This document shows, one piece after another, positions 36,325 through 48,235 of a stretch of DNA of 64,000 nucleotides. This stretch comes from Zygnema circumcarinatum SAG 698-1b (Eukaryota > Plantae > Zygnematophyceae): the NCBI GenBank assembly GCA_037447605.1, contig JBBHKD010000010.1, positions 1-64,000 of the forward strand. The letters run 5' to 3'. Position numbers and translations under genes: made by a program. The notes below the pieces were generated by a model. That model was given only the letters and a program-made list of their open reading frames with translations, made no database searches and was not told where the DNA came from. Within the stretch, counting starts at the first letter, position 1, and the number at the start of each line of letters is the position of its first letter.

Positions 36325-37849
36325 ATGTCATCATCGATTGGAACGCGAACTCCGATGGAAGGTGATGCGAGTGGAGAAGCCGGCAGCAGTGGAGGAGTCC
36401 CTGCACCAACAAGTGGTATCAGAGCTCATGGAGACTCGGAGGACCACGTCAAGTTCAGCATTCCGGCCTTTGATGGGCAGGATTACAAGGCGTGGAGATG
36501 GAGGTTGGTTCCCTTGCTTGTAGGCAAAGGGTTGCTTGGGTATGTTGATGGCAGCATCAAGGCGCCGGAGTTACCGGTTGGAGCCTCAGCGGAGCAGCAG
36601 TCGGAGTACGACGTGGCGCTCGCACGATGGAAAGCCAAGGACAACAAGGCCCTGACGCAGATTGTAATGAGCGTAAGAGGAAGTCCGTCCTCTATGCTTT
36701 ATGATCTGAAGACCTCTCATGCCATGTGGAGATGCCTAGAGGAAATGTATGATGTAAAAGACAATGTGACGATCGTCAGTCTTTACACGCAGCTAGGCAA
36801 GATGAAGATGACTTCAGAGGAGAAACTAGAAGCTTATATGGTCAGATTTGATGCATTGATGGAGAGGTTCATAGCCTTGGGGAAACCGTTAGATGCAGAC
36901 CATAAGACAAGCCAGTTTCTAGGGGGTTTGCCCGGGAGATTCGAAGTTTCAGTGGCAGCCTTGAGGACAGTTCTGACCAATACCTCTATGACGCTTGAAC
37001 AAGTTAAGCGTAGGATAAAGGAGGAGGATTCGATTCAGGATGTCGGCGGCCAAGAAGAGAAGGTGCTCGCGTTGCACACTCGACCGAATCGAAGAGGAGG
37101 AGGCGCCCCGAAGTCAGCCCGAGGAGAACGCTCGAATGTGACATGCTTCACATGTGGCAAGACCGGCCACTACTCCAGCGACTGTTTCAAGAACAAAAGC
37201 AGTCCAGAGAAGGGAGGAAACGCGACTTCATCCGGCAAGAAGGAGAAGAAGGCGTTCAGCGGCACTTGTTTCAAGTGCAAGAAGAGAGGTCACAAGAGTT
37301 CAGACTGCAAGGTAGCAGTTGAGAGCAACCTCATGCTGGCAGAGAATACTGAGCACGATTTTGTGGGAAGGATTCAGGCAGAGGACCTGAAGCGGCCGTG
37401 GCTGATTGACTCCGGCGCTTCCACGCATATGTGCGGAGACACATCGATGTTCTCCAAGCTCGACAACTTGGAGAAGGCTCGCTCAGTTCATTCAGCAACC
37501 GGTGAAGGAGTCACCGTGACGAGAGGTGGAGCCGTGAGGATGATACTCGGAGACGGCTCGGTCATCAATGAAGAAGACATACAAGAGAAGTTGTCAAATT
37601 GGTGACGTTCTTCACACCCCTGAGCTAAAGCAGAATTTCATGTCTGTTAGCCAAGTGTGTAAGAAAGGATACAGTGTTCTGTTTGAGGAGAAGTCATGCG
37701 TGGCCATCCATACAGAAACTGGGAGACAGCTGTTTAGGGGTTATGAGAGAGGAGGGCTGTATTATCTTGATTATAAGAGGGAGAATTATGAGCATGCCAA
37801 TGCAATCTCAGAGAATGCTGTAGATGTATGGCATAGAAGACTTGGTCAC
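36325..37849 (+). CDS. Copia D gag, two zinc knuckles, protease, start of GAG-pre-integrase (one frameshift at about 37600)
   Basis: KFSIPAFDGQDY, CFTCGKTGH, CFKCKKRGH, WLIDSGASTHM, GGLYYL, WHRRLGH. Confidence 0.9.
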
Positions 37850-40800
37850 TGTAACACCCTGCCCCCTGGCAGGCTGCTCTGAGAGTCTAAGTGTCAGGAG
37901 AGGAAGAGAGAGAGAGAAGCGTAGGCTCAATGCTGGTACAAAGAGCTCGGATGGTCCCCCCATCCCAGCAGCCCCCTAAGCCCCTTTCTCGAACTTCTAC
38001 CAAAGATGGAGGACCGGAGCGGACTGCCTAATCGTAGCCCGGCCATATGGCGTGAGACTTTAACCGAAAGACGGGCTATGACAAGCCTTCCGGGTGGTCT
38101 CGCCACATTCACGGCGCGACGCGCTGTCGTGCGGGGCCGGCAAGACGGCTATATTCCCATGTGAGTCGGTCACCGCCGTACCGCCCGCATAGCATTTGAC
38201 GGTATTTCGCCAAAAGATGCCACCGCGATCTTCGTCGCTGCCAAGGGCGCGCCGACAAAAGCGGGGCGGCAAAGGCGGCCAGTATCTCTCGCCGCGATCT
38301 CGGTGAGGGTACGGTGCGCCCGTACATCTCAGATTTTATCACCAAGACGCATCCAAAAGAGGGACCTGTGGGTGGGATACCCATCCCCAAGTACTAGGCC
38401 CAAATGGTCTCCCTCAAGGCCTGCCAGCCCATTCCCCTTCCTCAATGAGACTAGGCGTTCGGGATCAACACAGACGCTAATCTAACCTTGGCGGTTCGAG
38501 CCGCAGGACCTCCTTTCGTCAACATAAGATCCCGAGACCTTACCCCTAAAGCGACAGCCATACATAGTGTACTATGTATAGTGCTCTCCTGTGTGGTCTC
38601 GCTACGCATTGCTACGCTACATTACCCTCGTGAGTATGTGGAACGCCTCGCCTTCACCGGGAATAAGAAAGCTTGGCGTTCTCAAGCAGCTTAAGAGGTA
38701 CGCTCGTCTCAAGGGGTGTACGGAGGCTCCGCCATCCCCGTCAAGTCCTTTCCTCAGTAAATAAGGCGGGACGTGAACTCTAACTCTCGCCCGCTTCTCA
38801 CCTCAGCCAATCATACCCCAGCATAATCTCGTGAGCTCCTTGCAATTTGTCAGATTGCTCTCACGTTCCCACGTGCTATGTTCAACCCCATAGCCCAACC
38901 ATTTCACGAGATATTCGTGGCGGGAAGTCTGACCTCTACTCACTGTCCTGTGTGTCTGAATGGCTTCAACCTCATACTCGAGATCACCTTCAACTTCCAC
39001 TGGAGGGGGAGGTGGTTGGACTCTCCCATCGCTGCGGTATGCCTTAAGAAGACCCACATGAAAGACCGGATGCACTTTCATATGAGCCGGTAAAGCCAAC
39101 CGGTAAGCGACNNNNNNNNNNCTCAGGCGGTCGACAAACACGAGGATGGAGTCAAAACCCCGAGCTGTCACAGGTAAATCTGTGATCAAATCCATACCCA
39201 CACTCTCCCACTTCCTGTAAGGAGGGGCGAGGGGCTGGAGCAAGCCAGGCACAGGTCCCGTGCGAGGCTTATCCCGCTGACAAGTTGGGCATGCGAGTAC
39301 ATACGCCTCCACGTCCGCTGTAATTCCGGGCCACCAGAATTCTCGGAGCAGTGCTTCACGGGTTTTGGCAACTCCCATATGGCCCCTGTACGGAGGATCG
39401 TGCATCTCACTCAGTATGAGCTGCCGTACAGATCCAGCCTTGGGTACGACTAACTGCTTATCGTGGTACCAAAAACCGTCCCGAAGCACGAGCTTGTTCT
39501 TATAGCCACTGCCTCCTACCGTCCGTAGAACAAAGGATCACAATGTACCCCTCCCCGGATCATCCGTCTCGGAATCGCAGAGAGCGGAGGGCCGACCGCA
39601 TCACCGTGGAGGGGTTTGGCGGACAAAAACATACCGAGATGTAAACGCCGGGTTGGCCGCCCTTCGCCTCCACCATCTCGCACTCACCAACACTCGAGTC
39701 GCATTTACGCATCATCCAAAGTTAGATGAATGGGCTGCTCGCCAGCTGGTCCGCTACATTCAGCCTCCCGGCCTCAGATACCCACTTGCAAATGAACCGC
39801 TGGAGGAACTCATACCACAAGGCTCGGCCACCGGAAGAGTCTCTGGCTGAAAGTGGAGAGGAACGCCAAGGACTCCGCGGTTCAAGGGACTAGCGTGACT
39901 GCCACCGCCTCCAAATAGCAACGCCATGTCCTCAGGGCGTGAACAACGGCCAAGAGCTCCTGCTCTGTGGCTGAGTAGTTTCGCTCAGCTGGGTTCATCT
40001 TGCGACTTTCGTAAGCAAGAGGTTGGTCGTCTTGGAACAAGACCGCACCCAAAGCGAACCCCGAAGCGTCACATACCACTTCATATGGCAACCGCGGATC
40101 AGCCAACCTCAACGTAGGTGCTGTCACAAGCGCATGTCTCACACCATCAAATGCCGTCTGGCACTCTGGCGTCCATGCATACGCGACACCGGAACGTGTC
40201 AAATTGGTAAGAGGTGTTACCAACTTACTAAAGCCTTGGATAAACTTACGAAAATAATTCGCAAATCCAAGAAAAGACCGCAACTGATGAAGATCAGCCG
40301 GTATAGCCCATGTCTTTACAGCAGACACCTTGGCTGGATCAGGTTTCAGTCCCTGATCGTTCAAGATATGCCCAAGATACAACAACTCCCGTTGCATGAA
40401 GTTACACTTTTTTCGCTTGGCATAAAACGTGTGTTTTCGCAACACCTCGAACACTTTGCGTACATGCACAAGATGTTCAGCGTCCGTCTTGCTGAATACC
40501 AGGATATCATCCAGGTAGACAAGGACAAACTCATCCATGCCGACGAACATTTCGTTCATCACAGCTTGGAATGTAGCCGGAGCGTTGGTCAGTCCAAAAG
40601 GTAGCACCTTGTACTGGAAGTGACCAATCGGCGTCCGAAATGCCGTTTTAGGAAAATCAGCATCCGTGACACGAATCTGATGGTACCCCTGCGCAAGGTC
40701 GAGCGAGGTGAACACCTTCGCCCCTTGCAGACGGTCCAGAAGATCATCTATGCGTGGTAAAGCAAACCTGTTCTTTACCGTGATCTTATTGAGTGCTCGA

Positions 40801-43395
40801 TAATCGATGCACATTCGCAAAGACCCATCCTTCTTACCAACGAAGAGGATGGGAGCCCCAAAGGGACTTTGGCTGGGCTCAATCCAGCCCTTCTCACGCA
40901 GGTTAGCGAGTTGCTTTCGCATCTCCTCAGTCTCCTTCGGACTAAGCCTATAGATAGGCCGCCAAGGAGGTTTCTGTTCTGGCTCAAGGGGTATGGTATG
41001 CCCCACCCCTCTGGCTGGAGGCAGACCCCTTGGCAGATCGTCTGGGAATACATCCTCAAACGCTTTCAACAAGGGTTGAAACACAGTTGGGACAGTTGGC
41101 ATTGTTTCACCCGCAGTGGGTTGCCACTCCTGGTCCCCGTCATGAGCGTCCTCGGTTGCCGTCATGACTTGCACCATAAACAAGATGCTACTGCTTTTAG
41201 TGCCTGCCCAATCGGTGATGGCGGAGCAATGTAAACGCATTAAAGATGACCGCGATGCAGGCCGTCCCGGCGAGTGCTCGGTTGTAAAGTCATGCCTTCA
41301 TCAGCGCGAGGACGCACTAGGACAACAAAATCTAATCGAAGCGCCCATAAGCCGCCTATTTGCTCCTCAAGATCAAGGCGTCCGCTCTCGGCTAATACGC
41401 CAACAAGCGCTTGACCACCGAGTAAGATCAATCTTCACTTTCACGACGCCGCCGGAATCTCGCCCGCAGGTCTATCCCTAAAGTTACACTATCGGAATGG
41501 AAGCCGACCGCGAAACCCCTCGCTAGCCCCGATAAAGGCCGCTTAACAAAGTTAGCGGCCCGCTGCCAAAGGTCCAAAGAAACCACATTACTGAAAAGTG
41601 TCCATCTACGAACCCCGAAGGTCATGCGCGCATCTACGAGACAAGTGAAATGGACCGTGAGCACATCTCGCGCGCCAGCGCCAAATCGCCACACAGGATG
41701 AGGAGACTTCCCCAGCACAGTGGTAGAAGCTCCAATCACCCACCTAAGAAGGGAGAAGCCCTTCTTCCAAAGCTTTACCACTTTCCACTCAGTCTGTGGA
41801 TAAGCCTTCACTGCCACGTGTTGTGGGAGCAGTACTCGTAGACTGAGTACATGGTCTTTCGACCGCAGCAAGCGCAAGGCATCAAATGCACATTGCACTA
41901 AGGCATCACTGCCCATGGCATTCAAGATGATGACATGCCATTTTTTCATCAAGACAGCATTCGGAAATGCTGTTGGAGCCACAAGCATAGAAGGTGGCAA
42001 TGAATAATCAGCAGGGAATGCATCGCACACAAACAACAGATTCCCGCTGAAAACTCCCCCAATCACTTTAAGAATGTCATCCGCCCTTGGAATACAGCAT
42101 TCTACGCTAGTGATGGCAGCTAATGCGCTGCCCCCCCTACTGTCAAGCCCACCAGCAGAGACCCCTAAGCTGCCGGTGGGGAGCCGTTTTCCGCCGGCCC
42201 TTTCCCCTTCCTATCCTTCTTCTTCGAAGATGGGCAGCCATAAGACCTATTCCCCACCTTTTCCCCGCAACGGAACACTTGTTTTCCTCGCCAAGAAGCC
42301 TCCATCTCCCCGGTGGAGCAAGTTCTCACGGGCCGTGGCCGTTGGTGCCGGCCACGGGTGAGAGGAAGGAAATTTCCTCTTGCCATTTCCCTTAGGTCGG
42401 CCGCCCGGCGCACCAGTTTTGCGCGGCTGTTCGACCGTGTCCGCACGCGGCGGACGGGAAGGCCCTGCACCATCTGTAGACCCAGCGTCAGTTTGAACCG
42501 CAGCTGCAAACATCTGCTCGTCATCCATAGGTCCCCAAGGTTCCAAGGTACGAGGATTCAGCCGGCCGTTTCCTCGAACGTGACGGCCAATCCATGGCCG
42601 AACCTGAAGAAGAACTCTTCGTCCGTGGAACTTGGTAATCAAGCCTGGGCCGCACGCACCCCGTGAGGAATTCAGCCACGCCTGGGCCAGAGCGAGCGAC
42701 TGAACTCGGCCCCGCAAAGACTGATCCGTGATGCTGGTGCGTTTTGAGAAGTTCACTGAACTTCAAAGTCTTTGCCGACAACGCCTTTGCGCCGCATGAC
42801 GCTTCCATGCCACGCTCTCAAAGCGGTGAAGCAAAGTTCACCCATTGATCGGGAGGGCATTGGGTAGCACACAGGTACCCACGCACCTGCCCCAGCCAAT
42901 GATCAATTGGGCAGTCGGCATGCGGCCGATCCCCCCATAAGGAGATCGGAGGGACCTTCGCCCGATTTCTCGGGGGAGGGTCCTGCAAAGCCGGGGCGGA
43001 CCCCCCAATGGGGTCGCCCCGTCCGCCANNNNNNNNNNCCGACGTGCGGCGGCGCGCGGCCAGATCTCTGGCCGCGGGATCCGTATGTCGGTGCGTCCGT
43101 ACATCTGTACGGACGACCAGTACGATCCAAAAGAGGGACCGGGGGTGGATACCCATCCCCAAGTACGAGGGGCCCAGCGGGTCTCCCTCGCGGGTCGGCA
43201 GCCATTCTCTCGAATGAGACTAGGCGTCCGGACCGTACGGCTAACGAACCTTTGGCGGTTCGAGCGGAGGACCTCCTTTTGGTCAACATAGTATCCCGGA
43301 GACCTTACCCCTCGGGTAGGTGCCAGGACGAGAAGACATACATAGTGTGTACTATGTATATGCCTCCCATGGTCTCGCTGTAGCGTTACGCTACA
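37850..43395 (-). mobile_element. Chromovirus family G2 element a, TSD GTCAC
   Basis: GTCAC at 37845-37849 and 43396-43400. 3' LTR 37850-38621. RT motifs [11 protein letters not shown] and YLDDIL, RNase H CDASG, integrase, chromodomain. It interrupts Copia D at RRLGH|SHHRG. Confidence 0.9.
39882..41165 (-). CDS. G2a reverse transcriptase and RNase H
   Basis: [59 protein letters not shown]. Confidence 0.92.
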   Translation of the reverse strand: MTATEDAHDGDQEWQPTAGETMPTVPTVFQPLLKAFEDVFPDDLPRGLPPARGVGHTIPLEPEQKPPWRPIYRLSPKETEEMRKQLANLREKGWIEPSQSPFGAPILFVGKKDGSLRMCIDYRALNKITVKNRFALPRIDDLLDRLQGAKVFTSLDLAQGYHQIRVTDADFPKTAFRTPIGHFQYKVLPFGLTNAPATFQAVMNEMFVGMDEFVLVYLDDILVFSKTDAEHLVHVRKVFEVLRKHTFYAKRKKCNFMQRELLYLGHILNDQGLKPDPAKVSAVKTWAIPADLHQLRSFLGFANYFRKFIQGFSKLVTPLTNLTRSGVAYAWTPECQTAFDGVRHALVTAPTLRLADPRLPYEVVCDASGFALGAVLFQDDQPLAYESRKMNPAERNYSATEQELLAVVHALRTWRCYLEAVAVTLVP

Positions 43396-45338
43396 GTCAC
43401 TCACACCATAGAGGAATGCAGCAGTTGGCTGCGAAGGGGTTAGTCCGTGGGCTAGACCCGGGTGTAGTGGAGAAGGAGCTTGGGTTGTGCCAGGAGTGTG
43501 TGGAGGGCAAGGCGCACAGGAGACCATTCGTGAGGAGTGGAGACGAGTCCTATCGAGCGCGAGAAAAGTTGGAATTGGTACATTCTGACTTGTGTGGCCC
43601 AGTTACACCGGCGACCAACGGCGGAGCACGTTACTTCGTCACGTTCCTTGACGATTACTCAAGGAAGATTTGGATTACGCTCCTCAAGAACAAGTCAGAG
43701 GCTTTCGAAGCCTTTCGAGATTGGCTGAACCAGGCGGAGACAGAATCAGGACAAAAGCTGAAGGCTTTGCGCTCAGACAATGGCGGCGAATTCAAATCGA
43801 AGGAGTTCGCAGAGTTCCTGAAGAACCGCGGTATAAGGCATGAATTCTCTGCCCCCTATTCCCCTCAGAGCAATGGAGCAGCTGAGCGAGTGAATCGGAC
43901 ATTGGGGGACATGGCTCGGACCATGTTGATTGATTNNNNNNNNNNGGAGCGGCCGAGACACGAGGAAACCAGATCGCTTTTCACCTGGTACCAATCTGAT
44001 CCAAGAGAGTGCCCTCAGATTCAGCTGACCTTGTGGGAGTTGCTCACTGCTTCATGATTACCGAGCCACAGACCTTTGAGGAGGCGCACGACGGAGTCGA
44101 TGGCGATAAGTGGCGGGTTGCGATTGATAGCGAATGGGACAGCCTGATCAAGAACGGCACGTGGAGATTGGAGGAGCTGCCTCAAGGGAGGCGAGCTATC
44201 GGCTGCAAATGGGTCTTCAAAGTCAAGAGGAAGGGAGACAAAAGCGTGGATAGGTACAAGGCGCGTTTAGTGGCGAAAGGATACGGCCAGCAGTATGGGA
44301 TTGACTACATGGAGACGTTCGCTCCAATGGTAAAGTTCAATTCCCTGAGAGCCTTGATTTCCATTGTAGCGGCTGAAGGAATGCACGTCCATCAATTGGA
44401 CATCAAGACGGCATTTCTGTATGGTGATCTCACGGAAGAGATTTACATGGAGCAGCCGGAGGGGAAGGTCGTCCCCGGGAAGGAGCACCTAGTCTGTCGA
44501 CTGGTGAAGAGCCTGTACGGCTTGAAGCAGGCGCCAAGAGTGTGGTACGAAAAGGTTGACGATCTTTTGAGGAGGAATGACTTTGCTCGGTTTGAGACAG
44601 ATCATTCGGTGTACCGTCAAGGAGAGGGGGCAGACATCATGTTCGTAAGGATCTATGTGGATGATCTAATCATGGTGAGCCTATCCCTTGAAAGAATCAG
44701 ATCTTTGAAGGAGTTGCTACAGGCAAATTTCAAAATGTCAGATCTGGGAGAGGCGCAGTATCTGCTGGGAATGCAGCTGAAGAGGGGGCAGGATGGAAGC
44801 TTGTTTCTGTGTCAAAAAAAGTATGCTTCAGATGTACTTGCCCGATTTCGAATGGAGGACGCCACGCCATGCTCCAGCCCCATGGAGATCGGCACTAGGC
44901 TATCGAAGGAGATGTCACCTTCGTCGGATGCGGAGGCACAAAAGATGTTCGGAGTGCCATACAGATCCGCGATTGGGAGTCTAATGTACTTGATGATCGG
45001 AACGCGTCCGGACTTGGCGAAAGCGGTGAGCTCGGCCAGCCGATTCATGGAGAATCCGGGCCTCGAGCATTGGGAGGCAGTGAAGAGGATTTTCAGATAT
45101 GTGAAGGGGACGCTCGATTACGGAATCAGGTATGAGAGGGGGCCAACCAGAGTGATTGGCTATACAGACTCAGATTGGGGAGGAGATGTCGATACGTCAC
45201 GCTCGACTTCGGGTTTCGTTTACCTGAATGGAGGAGGAGCGATTTCGTGGAGTTCCAAGTTGCAGGACTCGGTGGCGTTATCGAGCACAGAGGGCGAGTA
45301 CATGGGTGCTTGTCATGCTTCGAAGGAAGGAGTGTGGT
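43396..45338 (+). CDS. Copia D integrase core, RT and start of RNase H (gap at 43936)
   Basis: [49 protein letters not shown]. Confidence 0.9.
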
Positions 45339-46919
45339 TGTAACAACCTGCCCCCTGGCAGGCTGCTCTGTGAGTCTAAGTGTCAAGAGAGGAAGAGAGA
45401 GAGAGAGAGAGGAGCGTGAGCTCAATGCTGGTACAAAGAGCTCGGATGGTCTCCCATCCGGGCGCAGCCCCCTTAAGCTCCCCCCTTCGAACCCCCTACC
45501 AGCATGGAGGACCGGGAGCGGGACTGCCCAATCAGAGCCCGCCGCGTGGCGGTGATCCTTAGCCNNNNNNNNNNCGAGCGGCGCGCCGACGTGCGGCGGC
45601 GCGCGGCCAAATCTCTGGTCGCGGGATCCGTATGTCGGTGCGTCCGTACACCTGTACGGACGACCAGTACGATCCAAAAGAGATCCTTTGCACGCCACAA
45701 GGATCGAGCCCAAGACCTCCTGCGGTCTTGGCAGCGTCCTAACCTATCCGCTAGGCGCTGAGATGAAGGGATAGTCATAGTATCACTATGAGTACGCCTC
45801 CAGGGTCACGCTGTAGCGTTACGCTACATTACTCCCCCCTGTGAGTACGTGAACGCCCTCGTTCACTGGGGAAAAGTAATCTTGGCAGCCTGCAGTTTAA
45901 GAGGTATTCGTCTCTGTCTGCGGGGTGTACGGGAGGGCCCAGCGTTAATCCCGGCCGGGTTCCCTTTCCGAGTAGCTGTGGACGGTTCGGAACCCCTAGC
46001 TGCCTCCTCGGGCCGGCCACCAAAATGGCCCCGCGCCTCCCAAGATAATCTCGTGAGCTCCTTGCAATTTGTCGATTGTTTCACGCTCCTAATGCATGGC
46101 GTTCAACCCTATAGCCCAACCATTTACGATATTCAGGCGGAAGTCCACCTCTACCACAGCCCCGGGTTTGTATGGTCTCTACCTCATACTCGAGGTCACC
46201 CTCAACTTCCACTGGAGGGGGAGGTGGTTGGACTCTCCCATCGCTGCGGTATGCCTTAAGAAGACCCACGTGAAAGACCGGATGCACTTTCATATGAGCC
46301 GTAAAGCCAACCGTGTTTACTCACCACTCCGCTTCACGACCTAAAAAGGTCCCATGAAGCTGAGGCCACAACTTCACGGGTTCCGCCAGTCTTCGTGCGC
46401 AAGTTCGACGCGGCTCGTAAATAGCACTGACGCCTACGCAAATAAGGTTAATGCAGCACCATCACCTATCAGCATAGGCCGCCAATCGCCGCTAACAGGC
46501 CCGCCTTGCCCCTCTCAGAACGCCTCGACATTTTCCGGAGTGAGCACTAACTACGGAGGTTGACTCCCTGTACCTCTCGCGCCCCAAGGATCCGAGTCGT
46601 GAAACATCCATGTTCCAATATCTGGCTGCTGATCTCTTGGCTGCAGGGGATTTAGAGGATGCTGACCAAAGTTCAAGAAGAAAGGAGTGGTACCGATTGA
46701 TTCTTGGAATGCATTATTAATGGCATACTCAGCCACCGGGAGCAGTTCATCCCATCCATCCGGGATGGGTCCCACATAATGCCTCAAATAGTCTTCCAGA
46801 ATCCGGTTCACCCGCTCAGTTTGGCCATCTGTCTGAGGGTGGAAGGCTGTACTCATAGCCTGCTTCGTCCCGATAATCCGGAGGATTTCTTTCCAGAAAT
46901 GGCCGGTGAATCGGGTATC
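45339..46919 (-). mobile_element. G2 element b (partial) inserted in Copia D RNase H
   Basis: LTR end TGTAACAACCTGCCCCCTGG directly follows SKEGVW. LTR to 45828, then PPT, chromodomain and integrase fragments. Confidence 0.85.
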
Positions 46920-48235
46920 NNNNNNNNNNCTGTTATTCCGCTGTGCATATTCTGTGAGGTTCACTCTGTGAGTAAAATGGGCTATGAGTGAATGTGAGAG
47001 TTTGGGAAATGTCATCATCGATTGGAACGCGAACTCCGATGGAAGGTGATGCGAGTGGAGAAGCCGGCAGCAGTGGAGGAGTCCCTGCACCAACAGCATG
47101 CTCAGAGATCACGGTGTTTTTAGGGTGGATTACAAATACCGGGTACTGGCTCTGATACCAATGTAACAAACCCGACCTCAGCAGGGTTTGAACACAAGAC
47201 CTCCCGGTACCCACACCAGTGCTTTACCTTTAAAAGGCAACCGCGGATGTAAGTACTAGGCCATACAACACATGTATAGCGTTTCGCTACAGCCGCCCTC
47301 CGTTTTGTCGCCACGTGCGTCTCACACGTGCGAGAGGCGCTTGCACGTGCGTGATGCGCATGGCGACAAGGCGGGGCACGATTCCTCATCGGCGGATTTG
47401 CTGCCTTTTCAACAAAACCGAAACGCAGAGCCTCTGGAGGCCCTACGTTTCGGCGAGCGGATTTCGGCGGATTTCAGAAATTTGGGGGCATTTTTGAAAC
47501 CTATTTCGTAGTACGGACGGGACATGACAGGTTTGGGGGAGCCGCGGCTTCCGACCCGAAACCTGGAAACGAAATCAATACCTTTCCGTATAGGGAATCT
47601 TTGAATTTCGTAAGCGATGGTCAAGGTTTGACTGTTGGTAATTCCATAGTGGAACCACCCTCGACAAAGTCGCCTCCACTCGGCTCTTGAGTCGTAGACA
47701 TCTTCGCAGCAGCTATTCACGAAGGGAAAGCTCAAGACACATGTAAGACTAGAACACAAAGGTAGAGAAAGCCCCACCGGGCATAAAACTTTGATTTTCT
47801 TTGGGGGTGAAGTACAACAGATTCAAGCAGCCCCTGGCTACTTAATGCAGCTTGCACTACCCCACTTCCTATTTCCCAAGACTAGCAGCACTATTCCTCT
47901 CCTTAACTACAGGCTCGGCCTCAGCTCGCTACACACCCCCATTGGCATGTGGTATGAGGTTCTGAACGTTCCACCTCGCTGCACACTACCCCTAGAGTGA
48001 GATTGGAAGTTAGTTGGTTCAGCGCAGCTGAGCAGTTATGTAGGTGCGGCAGCATGTGACCGGTGTCACATCTGCCGTCGTGCAAGGGCCATGCATCCGG
48101 CAATAGGGGACCCGTGGCGCTTCGCCGTCGATGGTCCCCTCTTGCGGCCCGTGGAGCTTTTCCGACTGAAGTCCCCTTCGCGGCCGTCGCGCCTGAGTCG
48201 CTATTCCGCCGAAGGTAGGCGGGTTNNNNNNNNNN

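Larger units (their letters stand above)
35393..47095 (+). mobile_element. Copia family D element, TSD GCATG, carrying two Gypsy insertions
   Basis: 5' LTR 35393-36411, PBS at 36414, 3' LTR end 46930-47095. GCATG at 35388-35392 and 47096-47100. Confidence 0.9.
35131..47291 (-). mobile_element. TRIM copy 1 (130-bp LTRs, about 190-bp internal region), TSD GCCGC, split by Copia D
   Basis: LTRs 35131-35260 and 47162-47291, one mismatch seen. PBS TTGGTATCAGAGCC. PPT AGGTGGGGAGGAA. GCCGC at 35126-35130 and 47292-47296. Confidence 0.92.
34751..47560. mobile_element. Putative MITE (about 0.65 kb without inserts) with about 60-bp imperfect TIRs, host of the TRIM nest
   Basis: CCGCGGCTCCCCCTCAACCTGTCTGTCCCGTCCGTACTTCGAAATAGG at about 34764 is inverted at about 47490-47548. 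No TSD found. Confidence 0.55.

Noticed and set aside
37560-37620. Programmed frameshift in Copia D
   Set aside because: It falls after the protease, there is no slippery heptamer, Copia normally uses one ORF, and the assembly is indel-rich.
26639-47100. Palindromic target-site preference (GTAC/CATG cores in GTACA, GTACG, GCATG)
   Set aside because: Too few sites, from different families, and others (CATTG, TGTTC) do not fit.
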